Shown piece after piece: positions 12,246-24,568 of a stretch of DNA of 46,895 nucleotides. The stretch lies in contig UYFQ01000815.1 of assembly GCA_900617105.1 (NCBI GenBank), positions 1 to 46,895 on the forward strand, read 5' to 3'. The position numbers and the translations under genes were made by a program. Below the pieces are notes generated by a model. That model worked only from the letters and a program-made list of their open reading frames with translations. It was not told the DNA's origin and made no database searches. Position 1 is the stretch's first letter; each line of letters starts with the position of its first letter. The stretch is from Hydrurus foetidus (lineage: Eukaryota).

Positions 12246-13380
12246 ATGGCAGACGATGCATCAATTCGGATGAATGGGGCAACTCGAGGACTGGGTGAGG
12301 CCTACACACTATTACTGGTGCTGGCATGGAACGATGTCGTTACGAACGGTTCGAAGCAGAGCACCGCCCAGATTGAGCAATAAATTAAAGTGAGAGCGGT
12401 AGATTGGGTCAAGGAGATGTTTGATGGTTACAAATACATTCCAATCAAAGATGCTACGGCTGAGTCTATCATGGCCCAAGTTGAGAAGGATTCTGGCGTC
12501 CAAATGTTGAGGAAAGCCAAGGACGCTGTGGCTTTCATCGTATACGTCCTAAATCCTGCATGGAAAGATCCTGTCGCGTATGCTTCGGGAACTCAACTTG
12601 GTGACGCACTATCCGTATGTAAGGAGGCAGCTTGGCAGCGAAATGAGGAAGAAAAAAAAACAAGCAGCAAAGAGGAAAGTTGACTATTAACCGCGTCCAT
12701 TTGATCCTAGCTGGCAAATGAAAGAGTGACTATTCTTTCGCTACGTAGGCGTGCCATCCGGAAGGTAATACGTCGATATTTGTGAGAAACGCACGTATCT
12801 ATGTATGCGAGAAACTAAGTCCTTAGCCAATGTTCATTTAAACAGGACGAAATGCCTTCAAGTGCTGAAAACTCCACCCCCTGGTAGTGGCCCATCAAAA
12901 ACAAAAGAGGTCCTGCCAGCGTTATCATCTGAATCCTTGAGATCAGCTATGGCTGCGACAGGCGGCCGCAACCAGCATCGTTTTGCGAATCTCAAAATTG
13001 AGACTACGAATACTCCAAAGACCGATCTGGAGCTGCAGATGATATCGAGCAGCATACTTGAGCAGCGATAGATAGCATCCAACGTCAAATGAACGACTGA
13101 GAGAGAGAGATTGACGGCCATCGTTGACCTATCGAAGCAGATGCCAGATGTAACGGTATCAGAAAGAACCGCAAATATGTGTGAGTTGTATAAATTTTTA
13201 AAGCGCCCGGTAGAAGAGGTCGAACAGGTTTCGTTAGAAACCGCCAGCAAATCTTTGAAAACTTCAAGAAATACTAATGTTGACTCTTTCTCAACTCCTG
13301 CTTCAGCTTTAGCCGCATCTTCTTCCTCTTCATCTAAACAGGTTGAGCAGGATGCGCGGGATAATGATTACACAATTGTG
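12246..13380 (+). pseudogene. Probable accessory ORF1 of Harbinger element A, fragmented
   Basis: Same-strand ORF pieces 12390-12683, 12805-13071 and 13111 onward, just inside the left TIR and convergent with the transposase. Assigned by position only. Confidence 0.55.
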
Positions 13381-13387
13381 CCTCCAA

Positions 13388-13645
13388 TAGCGATACCCCC
13401 TGGCCATCACCAAGCATCGAGACCAATGATTTCAAGGTATGTTTACGAAGCAGATTTCATGGGCGATGCCATATGAAGCCATCTAAACTCGTATATCCAC
13501 TTCGCCTTCCATGCCAGTCCAGTTCACCGATACATCGCCTTGTTTTACCTTGATCGTTGTAAGTAAACACGTCTTCCGAAACCACTTCCATCAGCCAGTC
13601 AGTTCAGCCAACAGGTACTCGCTTCACTCCACAGTCTGACTCACA
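13388..13645 (+). repeat. Diverged partial copia LTR related to 6713-7200
   Basis: Shared blocks ggccatcaccaagcatc, ttgatcgttgtaagtaaacacgt, cagccaacaggta and cactccacagtctgactcaca. Confidence 0.8.
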
Positions 13646-14132
13646 TGTTCCAGTTCAGTCATCCACCGGATCCCCAGTTCAGTCCAGTTACGATCGCCAC
13701 ACACCGAGTCCATGACCCAACAGAGAAGCCGCAGTCCATGCCATGTGTCCGCCCAGTCCATCCCCCGTCCCAGTCCAGTCATCTTCCACCAGCCTTCCCC
13801 AGACCAACCTTCAGCAGCAGTCCCAGTCCGCGGGTTTTTTTGTGAACACAACTCACCTTTTTTTTAAATCTTTTTTTTTACCTTTTAAATCAATTGTATT
13901 CTCACACAATATCCTATATCTTAATCCCTACTGCCTTTTTTGAATCTGACTTTATTCTCAACACTCCTCTCTTCTATCTTGTTATAAATTTAAAAAACAT
14001 TATCCAACAATATACTTTTTTTTCAAAATGAGAATTAAAATCTAAAATGAAAAATGGAAAAAAAATGAAACTATACAAAATTGGTAAGTTTTTATTTCCT
14101 TTATTGTACACTAGTTTTTTTTCTTCATTAAA

Positions 14133-14872
14133 TTATATGCATCCTAAATTATATGCATGTACGAAATGATCGATAAGTATGCGACGTTTCATAATTAAGC
14201 CATAATCCCATTCTTCTATGAATTCATTCCCTATGATCCTTTCCTCCTCTTCTGTATTATCGATTGATGAAATCCACTCAGATACACGTCTATTAATTAA
14301 TATTTGCTGATTTCCCATCACACCCTCTTCTACCTCATCAAATCCTTCATCTGAATTAGTCGGTTGCGGGTGAATAGCTTCCTAATCCACATCCTTTTCC
14401 CATCTACAATCCAAACCATCATCCTCTAAAATCATATTGTGTAATATGCAGCACGTAAAGAAGACATTATCTATTGAATTTTGATCTTGCAATACAATAC
14501 CGTTTCTCAAAAATCTCCATCTACCTTTTAAACTACCAAACGTGCATTCAACATCTTTTCTTGTAGATTCAATCCACTCAGACCATATTCGATCACTTCT
14601 AACAGATGTATGTTTCATAGGATTTATCATGCATGTTCACTTATGATAACCACCATCACAAATATAATAAACACCTTTCATTGATTTTAAAAGTCCATCA
14701 ATAAAAATGTTGAACTCAATATTTTCATTTACTTTTTTTTCTCTGACATCAGTAATGTAAGTATCACCACGGACAATGGTTTTATCATTTTTTGCCCCCC
14801 AATAACTGCTTGTAGATGCAAGTATTCTGTGATGATGATCTACAGTACATGAGTAAGCGAGAGTTGGATATC
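14133..14872 (-). pseudogene. Harbinger A transposase, C-terminal half
   Basis: GYPTLAYSCTVDH...GAKNDKT...YYICDGGYHK*...ESTRKDVECTFGSLKGRWRFL...CCILHNMIL. Premature stops at 14637 and 14382. Confidence 0.92.
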
Positions 14873-15278
14873 CAGTGGTGGACATTATTTGAGCCATGGA
14901 CAGAATCTGAGCCATGAACCGATAAATGAACTGCTGAACAGAGCACTCCACTGCAACACATCTCACAATATATCTCAGCGATGACACATTGGTTTTCAAA
15001 TCTGATCAGCAAGTCAGAACGACCTCAGTCAACAGATCATTTAAATCCGACGGCGATAAATGGAACTGAATTTTGACCGACCAGAGATCAAATTAAAGCG
15101 GCACGTCTTCCGAATGAAAGTGAAGGTTTTATAGTCATGGCATTTACGGACAATCAATATCTAGGGTCAACAAAATTACGCTTGGCTCTAATCTGTTGTC
15201 AAGTAACAAGCAAAATTTTTGTCACGTGGAGATCAGCAATCTGAGCAGAGAAAGTGAGTGAACAAAAAATAAAATTGT

Positions 15279-15778
15279 TCATAACTCAAAAGATCGATCG
15301 CTGATATTGTCGATTTCGTCATCATCGAACAGGTCTTCATCAAGAATTTCATCAAGGTCGTCAGCATCTTCTGCAACTGGTTCCTCATTCTGTGGAATCA
15401 TTGCCGCCTGCTTTGCAAGTTTCTTTGCAAGCCTCTTTGCCTTAGCCTCAGCCTTCACTTCTTCAGGGGCAAGATTTGCTCTCCGTTGCTTCTCAACCTC
15501 CTTCGCTTCCTTGCGCAATCTGACATCTTCGGCCTTTCTCTCTCGTAGAATCTTAGCAGCTTCTCGTTGCTCAAATGCCAATGCTCGACGGGCGGGTTCA
15601 GCATCCCGACGTTCAACATGAGCTCTATACTGAGCAATACAATCAGTCGAGTTCATGATGACAGATCGTTGCTGGTGCATGGCCCGTTCGTCCTTGGGTT
15701 TACTGTTCGTGGATTCAGAGTTGACGCTGGGAATTCCATCGGCATCCATCTGAGCTTCAGTAACCTTCCCGGTCGATC
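15279..15778 (-). pseudogene. C-terminal K/E-rich and acidic tail of the element B transposase
   Basis: ORF 15279-15749, extended upstream as RSTGKVTEAQMDADGIP. Same strand as the catalytic part and inside the TIRs. Confidence 0.7.
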
Positions 15779-17900
15779 GAAAGAAAGATTATTGAACAGT
15801 GTTTCCCATCTAATGAATTCACTATGTACTGTCTTATTTTGATCGACTTTAAATAGTGTGATATTATTTTCAGCAATTTGGATATCTTGCTGGCGTTGGC
15901 CAAACACATGACTAATAATTTGATCGAATGCTATAACACCATCTCTTTCCTGATGTGCCTCGTTACTGACATAGTGACGGCAATCTTTATGGAAAATTGT
16001 ATCTAACAATGAGTATAGTCGATCAACATCGTATGTATAATAATATATGTCGTCTTCTTCTAGAATGATATCTTTTGTATTTGATATGGTGAAGGATAAG
16101 TCTACTCCTGCTACTACTGGTGGTTTATAGGGGAGTACTTTCTGTTTCCTATAGCCGTTCTTATTCTTATCTTGATTGAGAATTGGGCGAGTCCGGTGTC
16201 CTTGCACGAGTGTGAGGAGTCCGACAGTATTTAGCAGGGAGTGAATTTGACGGAGACGGTAGAATTTGTCGGTAGAGTTAGGATGGATTTGAGAGTTGCT
16301 GAACATTTGAATTGCAGCTAACCATTTTGATCTTTTTACTCGTCTATTGCGTTTACGTTTCTTCTTCCTATATTCTGTGTCGGAGGATGAAGAGCTATGA
16401 TCCTTATAGTAACTTTTATGGTTATAGCTAGAGGAGTCAGAGCTGTATGACGATAAGTCATCTGGTGAATCCGTAGATTTCTTTTTCTTCTTAGGGATGC
16501 GACGTGCATTGCCCTTGCTTTTCTGTGATGATTCGGACGGGTCGTCCGATGAGTCGGATGGATATCCTTTCTTGTGAGAGATTTTCCGCGAGGAACTCTT
16601 CTTATTATTATTATTGGAATTACTATCTACCTCCCCATCATTATCGTTATTTCCTATGCTCCCCGACACAAGGTCAGCTTCATTCCTAGGGCTATCTACA
16701 TTATCGTTATTTGATGTTTTATTGGAGGACTTCCGTGAATATTGTCGAGACGATTTGTCTGACTTCTTCGTAGACTTGCGACTTGCGTCGTGTAATTCAT
16801 TTTCGCGTAATTTTCATTTATTTTTGCGGCGTCTATCTGATTGAGAAGTCAGTTCATTGTCCTCTCCTTCGGAAGAGCTATCGTCGTCATTTTCGCGACG
16901 CATAGAAAAAAAATTGCGAGGGTTTTCCCTGTAACCATCATTGGATAAAATTTTTTCTAGGCTACCCGTGGACGTTAGATCGTTGATAGTTCTACTCCTA
17001 CGTGGTTGATGGGTGGGATTTATGGCGCTACTCCGATCTAAGGGGTTACGAGATGAGGATTGATCGCTATAGGGCTGATCCGTCCTTGCTGCGATGTCAC
17101 CTGTCGCATAAACGGCAGGGACCTTCGCAGCTTCATCTCTGCTGCCCATCAACCGAAGCAGCGCCCTATCTAGGGCGTCAATAAACGCTTGAGAATTTTC
17201 ATTGACTTCAATAGAAGCAATGACTGGTGCAACCTCTGGCACAGCGGCGATAGGCTCCGGCGGATCCGTCGGGCCGTTGTCGCTGGTCTCGTTGTCGCTG
17301 TTTGTCTGGGAACGAGTCTTCATGGACATGAAGTCGATGAAAAAAGGCTTTGGCGACTGGTCTTTAAAAATCTTGCACAATCGCTACCATGTCAGTTGAC
17401 AGCAAGCGTGTAAGCGCGGCGCCATGGTCAAGAGCAAATTGGATTTGTGAGGACCCACGATGTAATATCGTGCAACGGGAAAATAGTTTAATTATGAGTT
17501 AGAAACTTGGTTGGCGACACAAAAGGTAACGAATGGTGGCAAGCAATCTACCTGACAAACGTCTAGAAGTTACTCTGACGTTGCAGTTCCCGAAATGTCA
17601 GATCGCAGGAGATAATACTCTGCATATGATAAATGAGGTAGTAGTTCATACACTTATACATACTGGAGGGATGGTAGGTGATGAGTCTCGTACTAAATGT
17701 TACCCAGGTCTGCTAGGGCTATGTTTGAGGTACTATAACAACAGCATAACATACGATATGGAAGGCATTGAGGAAGCGACTTGACGGTATGCTATTGTGT
17801 GTTCCTTAACATGCATTTAAACACTAAAATGTGATTTATCTATAATGCTAATTGATGATTAACTTAACGGTATATACGGCTGTAACATGCACTTATGGCA
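15779..17900 (-). mobile_element. Truncated LTR retrotransposon, probably copia (5' LTR, PBS, gag), nested in element B
   Basis: Minus-strand LTR TGCCA...TGACA (17900 to 17390) followed directly by a PBS-like TGGTAGCGA. Gag-like ORFs 16814-17380 and 15653-16669 (RLYSLLDTIF...RDGVIAFDQIISHVFG) end abruptly near 15779. Confidence 0.75.
17390..17900 (-). repeat. 5' LTR of the nested retrotransposon
   Basis: TG...CA termini, adjacent TGG-starting PBS-like motif (17381-17389), and the transposase frame breaks at 17901. Confidence 0.65.
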
Positions 17901-19423
17901 GTCGTAAGCCGACACTTTAACTTGTCTTGTGCATCTTCCAATAGATGTACGGAGCGAAACTGGAAATTACCCAATCCGTTTTTATCCTTGCTTGACTATC
18001 TCCGGTGTCAACACATGTTTGATGCTGTAAACCACCTGCTGAAGAGCATTGCATATCAGAGACTTCATGGCGCCCGTCATCCGTTGCTGGCCATCCGGAT
18101 CCAGTCGATGAGACATTATGTTGTTCAATCTTGCGTTTAAACTGTGACTCACGTAATCAGTTTCTCTTATCCTCACCAGTTTTTTCTTCGACGCTTTGAA
18201 GAAGTCGCTATCATCGCTTGATTGAGTGATGGCACTGCACGATGCCGGACTCTTTTCAAAGTCAATAAGCGAATCCCTCATCAGGTCCAAGATAAATTCC
18301 TCCTGAAAGACTTGAATCTGCGATGGCTCCCCGTCGCACACAACGAATGCTCTCATTGGAGTGCCGTCACCGTTCATGCACTCGTGACTCTCTCGACACA
18401 AATCGACAAATGGAGCCACAACAAAATTCGCGTACCAGCGATAGAATGCTGCATTGCAGTTCCTTATCTTAGTAAATACAAGATATCCAGTAGCACCAAC
18501 AGTTTGTGTGTGAGATAAACCGATAACTTCTTCAAAGAAAAATTCCTCTGGTCCCATTGTGTCATCAGCAATAATAAAAACAGCGGGTGCCAAGTCCCCG
18601 TTTGCGTTGTGAAAATGATAGTATTTAATTGCAAATCCCAACCCACCCTCGCTGAGTGCAGTCGCCCTTGCACTTCACAATCGTTGCGTGACCCTCTGGA
18701 TTGATGCAGTATTGAGTGGCATCCCAATTAAAACACATGGCAGCGACTATTGATGAAAGAAATGCGGCGTTCATTATAGCGAAGGAGTATAAGTTTCTCA
18801 CATCACTTTCGGCGAATGATCGAGCATACGTCTTGAACTGACACTGCACTTCCACGAAAGAGTTGTCCATTTTGATTCTTTTAATTGTCTTCTTTGAAAG
18901 CCTCACATTGGCACCGGCTAAACCTCGTCTTCTCTTCGTCTCACATGCTTGATTCTCAGCTATCAAATGAAAATTCTGAAGCATTGAGTTCTGACATGTT
19001 TGAGTCGCCAGATTTTCTCGAAGAACCTTCCTAATGTTGACGATTGCTGTGTCGTCCAAGTTTGGTGGTCGTCCAGCCCTAGCATCATGAATTTTGTCAA
19101 CCCCAGTCGTCTTCCACATCCGATATTTATTTACGTAACGCTTCATCGTCGAATATGGCAACGAATGACGATTAGCAAACTCGAAAACTGATAGCCCCGT
19201 CTCCTCGAAGCTTTTGCATAGAGATTTGATATCAGATCCGCAAAACGATCAACTAGACAAGTATTGAAAACGAGTCAAAAAAAAAGTTTGAACACCGATC
19301 GTTGGATCAACAAAGTCGCCCATTGCAGGTAAGATCCCAGAAGCAGAAAGTAAACTCAACGATTTCAGATCAAGGTAGCTTGTAGTCAGCATTCTGATGT
19401 ATTCGAGTTGGTAACTTGAAATG
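17901..19423 (-). pseudogene. Element B transposase: HTH region and DDD core (about DD39D)
   Basis: GRPPNL...RLSKKTIKRIK, CFNWDATQY, VVCDGEPSQ and SPASCSAITQSSD. Frameshift near 18640 and stops near 17982 and 17967. Start approximate. Confidence 0.8.
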
Positions 19424-19547
19424 ATGGATCAATGCCTTGCAAACTGTCAATTTGAATTATATTCGAAAATTAATGTTCAGTAACGGTTCGATTTTCATCG
19501 GTTCATGGCTCAGATTCTGTCCATGGCTCAAATAATGTCCACCACTG

Positions 19548-20217
19548 GATATCCTTCCTTACCACCGCACAGTTGCGCCAAGCCTACGGGGCATCGATCC
19601 CATTTGAGGTGAACGCAGTCCGTTGATCCAATACAACCGGGGAGACCCATTTGTTCAAAAACTTTCATAACTTTGAAAAGCTTTTCACCCATTGGACGAT
19701 AAACATATAATGAGTAATATTCTCGGACAAAGTTTTCACAACAAGTGTGAGAAGCCCTCCTCGCTGTGGATTCACCCATGAAAGTTGCCTTCGCAATGTC
19801 GTCGAAGTTCCAATTTCTTCCCAAAATTCGAAGCACGGACAAAAGTTTGATTTCCACCGGGCATAAAGTTCGGCCAATAATACCCCTATCCCTACTTGCA
19901 TTTCCTCCGAAGAGATTTTTGTCCAAGCACTTTTGTACAAGATTGCAAAAAACACCGTATGGAATTCGAAACCGACGTCGGAACAGTTTTTCATCTCTTG
20001 AGTCAATCGATGGTCCACCATCAATTTGTGCCAGGCGCACTAATAGCTGACCCCACGGAGAGCTTTGGTAGTTGATGTCGTTCACACGTTGAACGTTGGG
20101 TGGAGTACGCCGAGGTCTGCGATTCAGCTTAGCGATAGAACGCCTCTTCGCCATCCTTTTCATGATCACCATCATCACCGAAAACTGACCGAGAATGAAC
20201 TTAGTTGAGTAGATCAT
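19548..20217 (-). pseudogene. Harbinger A transposase, N-terminal half
   Basis: FRRRFRIPY...EIKLLSVLRILG...GLPGCIGSTDCVHLKWDRCP...GKEGYP. Confidence 0.92.
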
Positions 20218-20925
20218 CTTTCAAAGATACTTGATTCAAAAAGCTATATCGCGAACAGCCACTACAAGAAGCTATCATCTGGTAGATAGCTTGAAACGGT
20301 GATCTTGGGAAAAAAATCTTGAAATTTTGAATATTTGAATTATCACGTACAGATTATCACGAAAAACGGAGAAACGTGGAAAAGTTCGTATGCGTGATAA
20401 TCTGCACGTGATACTATCACGTTCGCGTTATCATGTGACGGTGAATTGTGGCCTGTGGCACGATTTGGGATCGGTTTAGTCGAAGTGTTGGAACCTGATT
20501 ACCGTCTCCTCCCATATGTTTTTTTGCTTTGAGTGGGGATGACGGAAATCCAACTTCCTGTTCCCTTCTCGGCGAGACCAGCTTATTATGTTGACAAGTC
20601 GCACAAAGATACAACTCGGTCAATATCTCAGGTAATTCAACACCTGTCACAATTTCGTCAAGCTTCTCGGAAACTTGTCGAGTACAGCTAGTGGCGATCT
20701 GAAAAGAATTTGACTTCTGACAATTTTGCCTTTCCAAAAGTAGCTGACTGCTGACAGCTTTATTTTATCCTTTCGAGAGGTAATCCCTTCAATCGTGTCT
20801 GATCTGATCAGATTTTCCAGAACAGAGATTGTCACGTCCTCTGAATAGGGTCTGACTACCCAGAAGTGCAATCTAATAGGGGTTTTGAGTCGTCAAAAGC
20901 TGATAGTCTGTCAAATGCTTATTTA

Positions 20926-21402
20926 GGTGTCAGAATGGTGATCAGATTTCAAAGTCATGCTACGGGACTGTTTGCTTTCTCGAAGGACATTAAAGTGAAG
21001 AAGGGCTCTATATGTGGACTACGTCGTAATAGAAATAACATTCACGGTAAGCTTTTAGCAATTTTGAAGCGACGAATGGCTCGATGCAGCGAACGCAATT
21101 AATGAGTCGATTATTTCCTTGCGGCAGATGCCAATTGCATTCAGGTCCTTGCACCTACGACAAAGTGCGCAGAAAATGAGAACGGAGGATTTTATTATGC
21201 CGGGGAGCACATCGGTCACCTGACCAAGGAATTTTCATCTGCACTTGCGCCTTTCTTTGACGACGATATTATAGGATGTCATACGTTTCAATGTCACCTG
21301 TTGTACAGTGACACTAATCACAGCAGAGTAGGTTACGACGTGGAAATCATCATCAGCAGCAATGGATCGAGTGAGAGAGATGAACAACTTTTCAGCAGCC
21401 TA
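20926..21402 (+). pseudogene. HIRAN-domain-like gene interrupted by pogo element D (intron 21047-21127; continues at 24411-24530)
   Basis: Spliced reading FQSHATGLFAFSKDIKVKKGSICGLRRNRNNIH^DANCIQV...EHIGHLTKEFSSALAPFFD resembles the HIRAN pattern LxREPxNxYDxNAIxV...IGYLPxxxAxxLAPLLD. The 5' end is unresolved. Confidence 0.65.
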
Positions 21403-24400
21403 CAGGCACTCAACTTAAATCCGCGACGTTAACTTTTTTCAGGGCAAGTTACTGAAGTGAGTTTTTTTCATTTTCATTATTCTCATTTTCACTATTCTCA
21501 TTTTCATTTTGTGTTTAAAATGAAGTTTATTTTAAGAATCTTTTTTATTTTCATTACAGATTTAAGATAGCATTCATAGCATTTTCGTCTTCGCTATCAT
21601 AGTCTAAAAATGCATTCATTGCAGTCACGACTTCTAGATTCTCGTCTGCTAAAGGTATATCATTGCTGAAAGTTGCATTATGGTAATTTCTGGTTCCAGT
21701 AGGTGTGATACTCATAGTTCCACAAACTTTGTTTTTGGTATACGGTACAAAACAAACAGTGTTATTTGTATCAAAAAATTGCAGACATCCAGTGCTTGTG
21801 AATGATCTAACTATCCCAGCCTGAAATTTGGGATCTTTAAAACCACCAGCGAATAGTTCAAATAAATCATTAATGCCTTGTAGCATGCATGGCTTCGGTG
21901 GATTGAACTTGACTATTTGACGTTCTTCAGGATTTTTCTGTGATTCTAGCTCATACATTTTTGCATATTCTTGGAAACAAGTAACAATACGAGATCCTCT
22001 AAGTTTTCTGCTATGCGCTTTCAATGGCCCGTTGACGACTAAATCTAATACTTGCAGTACTCCTGTCATGTTAGGTGGCAAACATGCAACATGAATCTGT
22101 AGACCGATCATCGCATCTTCAACTATCTGAGTTTTGTGGCAACCGCAATTATCGAACCAAATCAATAATTTACCTAACTTTTCTCTGAGAGGTTTTATAA
22201 CAGTTTCCAACCACATTATCATTCTTACCGTATCATTCCAGGCTTTAAACTGGCTGGTGATCACAGCTCCGGTATGCTTATTGATAATATACCAACAACA
22301 GTGATCGTCTGTTATTCCATTAATTGTTAATTCCTTTTTCCATAATATCAATTCCCATCCGTCATTTGCACCAAATCCATTGTCTTTTTTATGCAGTTGC
22401 ACGATAACCATCATTTTTGACTGATCTGGTCTTTCAAGAGAGCTTACGGAGTGTTTTATAATGATGAATAGGGGTGCGAACTCCCCTGTTGCAAATACAG
22501 AAATAACTGCGGTGATGCGTAATTTCATATTTGGGACACCTATGTTCTGAGCCCTCGATTGATCAGTAGGTACATATATGTACTCTGGACCGATTGCGTA
22601 TGTGAAGGCCGTTTCATCCATATTCAGTATATGTTTTGCCTCATAATTGAATTCTCTTATTAAGTCTTGACCGATTTTCATTACTCTTATTATTTCTTCA
22701 TCTGAAGGTACTATTTTATCATCTGTTGTTATTTTCCTTCTTTTCATATTTGCGCGATTGAGAAATGATCTGACCCAATGGGGGCTGAAGACCAAATCGT
22801 TAATTTTAGAATCATCTCCCCATTGAAATTGCTTTTGAACGGAAGCTGCTGCTTCAATAATTATCGCGTACGAGTAAACAACACTTACTAAGATACGTGG
22901 GACTAAAACTTCTTCACCATTAACCTAACATTATGGAGCAGTAGAGTTAGAAAACTGTAATTCGTGAAAACGGTTTTACAAAAAATGTACAGCTATTGTA
23001 ATACATATACATACACATACAATTATTCGATTGCATACACGAACAAAACTAATTAGAGCATACCTGAACTTTTTCAAACTCACAAATCAACATCTTTCCC
23101 CATACAGCAGCTTCAAAATCACTATTTATTTTTCGTCCCGGTTTCTTTTTAATTTTTTCTCTGTTCTCATTCCATCTCTCAATATTGCTACCAACTAGTT
23201 CTGAATAAACAGGATGCTGTTTTAGAGCGATTTTTGTAAGCTCGAAGATAGTGTAATCTTTATGAATATCGTGATCTTCAGGTAACTCACGCACAACTGA
23301 TGATATCACGTCAAGTATTCTCAGCACATGCTCCTTTTCATCGTCTGTAAAAATGATGTTCCTTTTTGGAAGAAGGGACACGGATTCAATAACTCTTACA
23401 TGATCACAAACGCATTGCAAAATTGATTTCTCATAGTCTCCATCAATCCCGAAAAGACTCCGAGAAATCGAATTAAGAGAAGATATACTACGGGTCTTCA
23501 TAGCTGCAATTAGGTATGGAGTTGCTGGTTCATTTCTAATGCAAATGTTTTCCAATATCATATTTACTACATCTTTGCCGCAATTATTCAGCTGTTTCTG
23601 ACCTAGCTCATCGCTTGTTTTTCTCCTTTTGTTTGTAGGTCCAAGTTCCTCCGGATCCACATCCTCGACTCGAGACACAGGTAGCTGCCGCTGGAACATC
23701 GATGCTCCAAACTCCGTCAATGAATTGAACTGTAACTCTCTATCACTGTGCCGTCTTACAAGTAGTTTCGCTTTTTCCCCTATATCACGCTCGATCACAT
23801 CTACCTCCTCAGATTCGCGGTCACGAGGGATGAATTTTATGTCCCAGCCGTTCTGCACCTCAGGGAGCCCCATGAATTCCGATATCAACGCTCTGTTCTT
23901 ACCGCGTCCTTTAAGAACAAGCTCATGTCCGTAAAGTTTTGTAATCAATTTTTTAAATAGATGGAAACTCTGATGGAGCGCCAACGGATTCACTACAAAA
24001 TTTCCGTGCTTCCCATATTGCTGATTTCTCATCTCCGATGCAAGCATATCTGGCGACCATTTACCACCAGAGGGTATTTGCAATGGATGCCACACTAGGA
24101 CTACCGCCAAAGTTAGGGCACAGTAATCAACAGCATCAGTGTCCATTTTAAGTCTATAGTGCCTATTCAATAGCGACATCAGAAAACATGTCATTGCGAG
24201 TAGAGAAAGATTTCAAACCCGTATTAGATTTCATGAATCGGTTCGTAGTGACCTGTATGAACAGTTTCAGTTCGCAGAAATCTAACAGAAGAGTCCCGCG
24301 CTTAAAAATATTCGGTCTTTCGAAAAGTTGTCCGAGTTTGCTGCTTTCCGGGAGATAAGAGATTTCAGGATGAAATTACGTCGGAATCCAGAAATAACTT

Positions 24401-24407
24401 GTGCCCG
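21403..24407 (-). mobile_element. pogo-like element D, apparently full length
   Basis: Short imperfect termini CAGGCAC...GTGCCCG, each flanked by CTA. Removing the element rejoins an open frame (FSSL|TTTVQG). Confidence 0.7.
21554..24194 (-). CDS. Intact pogo-type DD35D transposase, two exons (24194-23064 and 22924-21554), about 833 aa
   Basis: GT-AG phase-0 intron 23063-22925 joins the two ORFs without stops. Motifs KKPGRK, FSPHWVRSFL, NMDETAF, WFDNCGCH and LPPNMTGVLQVLDLVVNGPLK. Confidence 0.9.
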
Positions 24408-24568
24408 CTAACGACCACAGTGCAAGGGAGAAGTCGACATCAAAAGTACTGCGTGGAATGCATCACAGGGGAAGCTGTACTTGGCTACCTGGTGTGTTAT
24501 GATGTTGATGGAATGGTATCCACGTCGTGAAACTACGGACCGAATGAGTTGGATTTCTGGAATCTGAG

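Larger units (their letters stand above)
14873..19547 (-). mobile_element. Divergent pogo-like element B inserted in the Harbinger A transposase
   Basis: 51-bp perfect TIR CAGTGGTGGACATTATTTGAGCCATGGACAGAATCTGAGCCATGAACCGAT, with GATATC on both sides. Removing the element restores GGKEGYPTLAY. Confidence 0.92.
12015..20453. mobile_element. PIF/Harbinger-type element A (convergent ORF1 and transposase) carrying nested insertions
   Basis: TIRs GGC(T/C)ACAATTCACCGTCAC(G/A)TGATAACGCG at 12015 and ending at 20453, with ATCACG subterminal repeats. The flanks differ (TAA versus TGT), so there is no matching TSD. Confidence 0.85.

Noticed and set aside
6713..13645. The two related LTRs as the paired ends of one element
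   Set aside because: They are clearly diverged. The first follows a PPT and RNase H, so it is a 3' LTR, and the second lies inside Harbinger A with no retroelement genes between them.
15307..15621. S/A/F-rich plus-strand ORF (likewise 34376-34645 and 37564-37809)
   Set aside because: Antisense shadows of low-complexity coding regions on the opposite strand.
15653..15778. C-terminus of ORF 15653-16669 as real gag sequence
   Set aside because: It is out-of-frame read-through into the element B transposase past the deletion junction.
20417..20871. ORFs repeated identically at 28801-29255, suggesting a conserved gene
   Set aside because: The identity comes from the recent inverted duplication. 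One of the ORFs runs through a TIR and neither has recognisable motifs.
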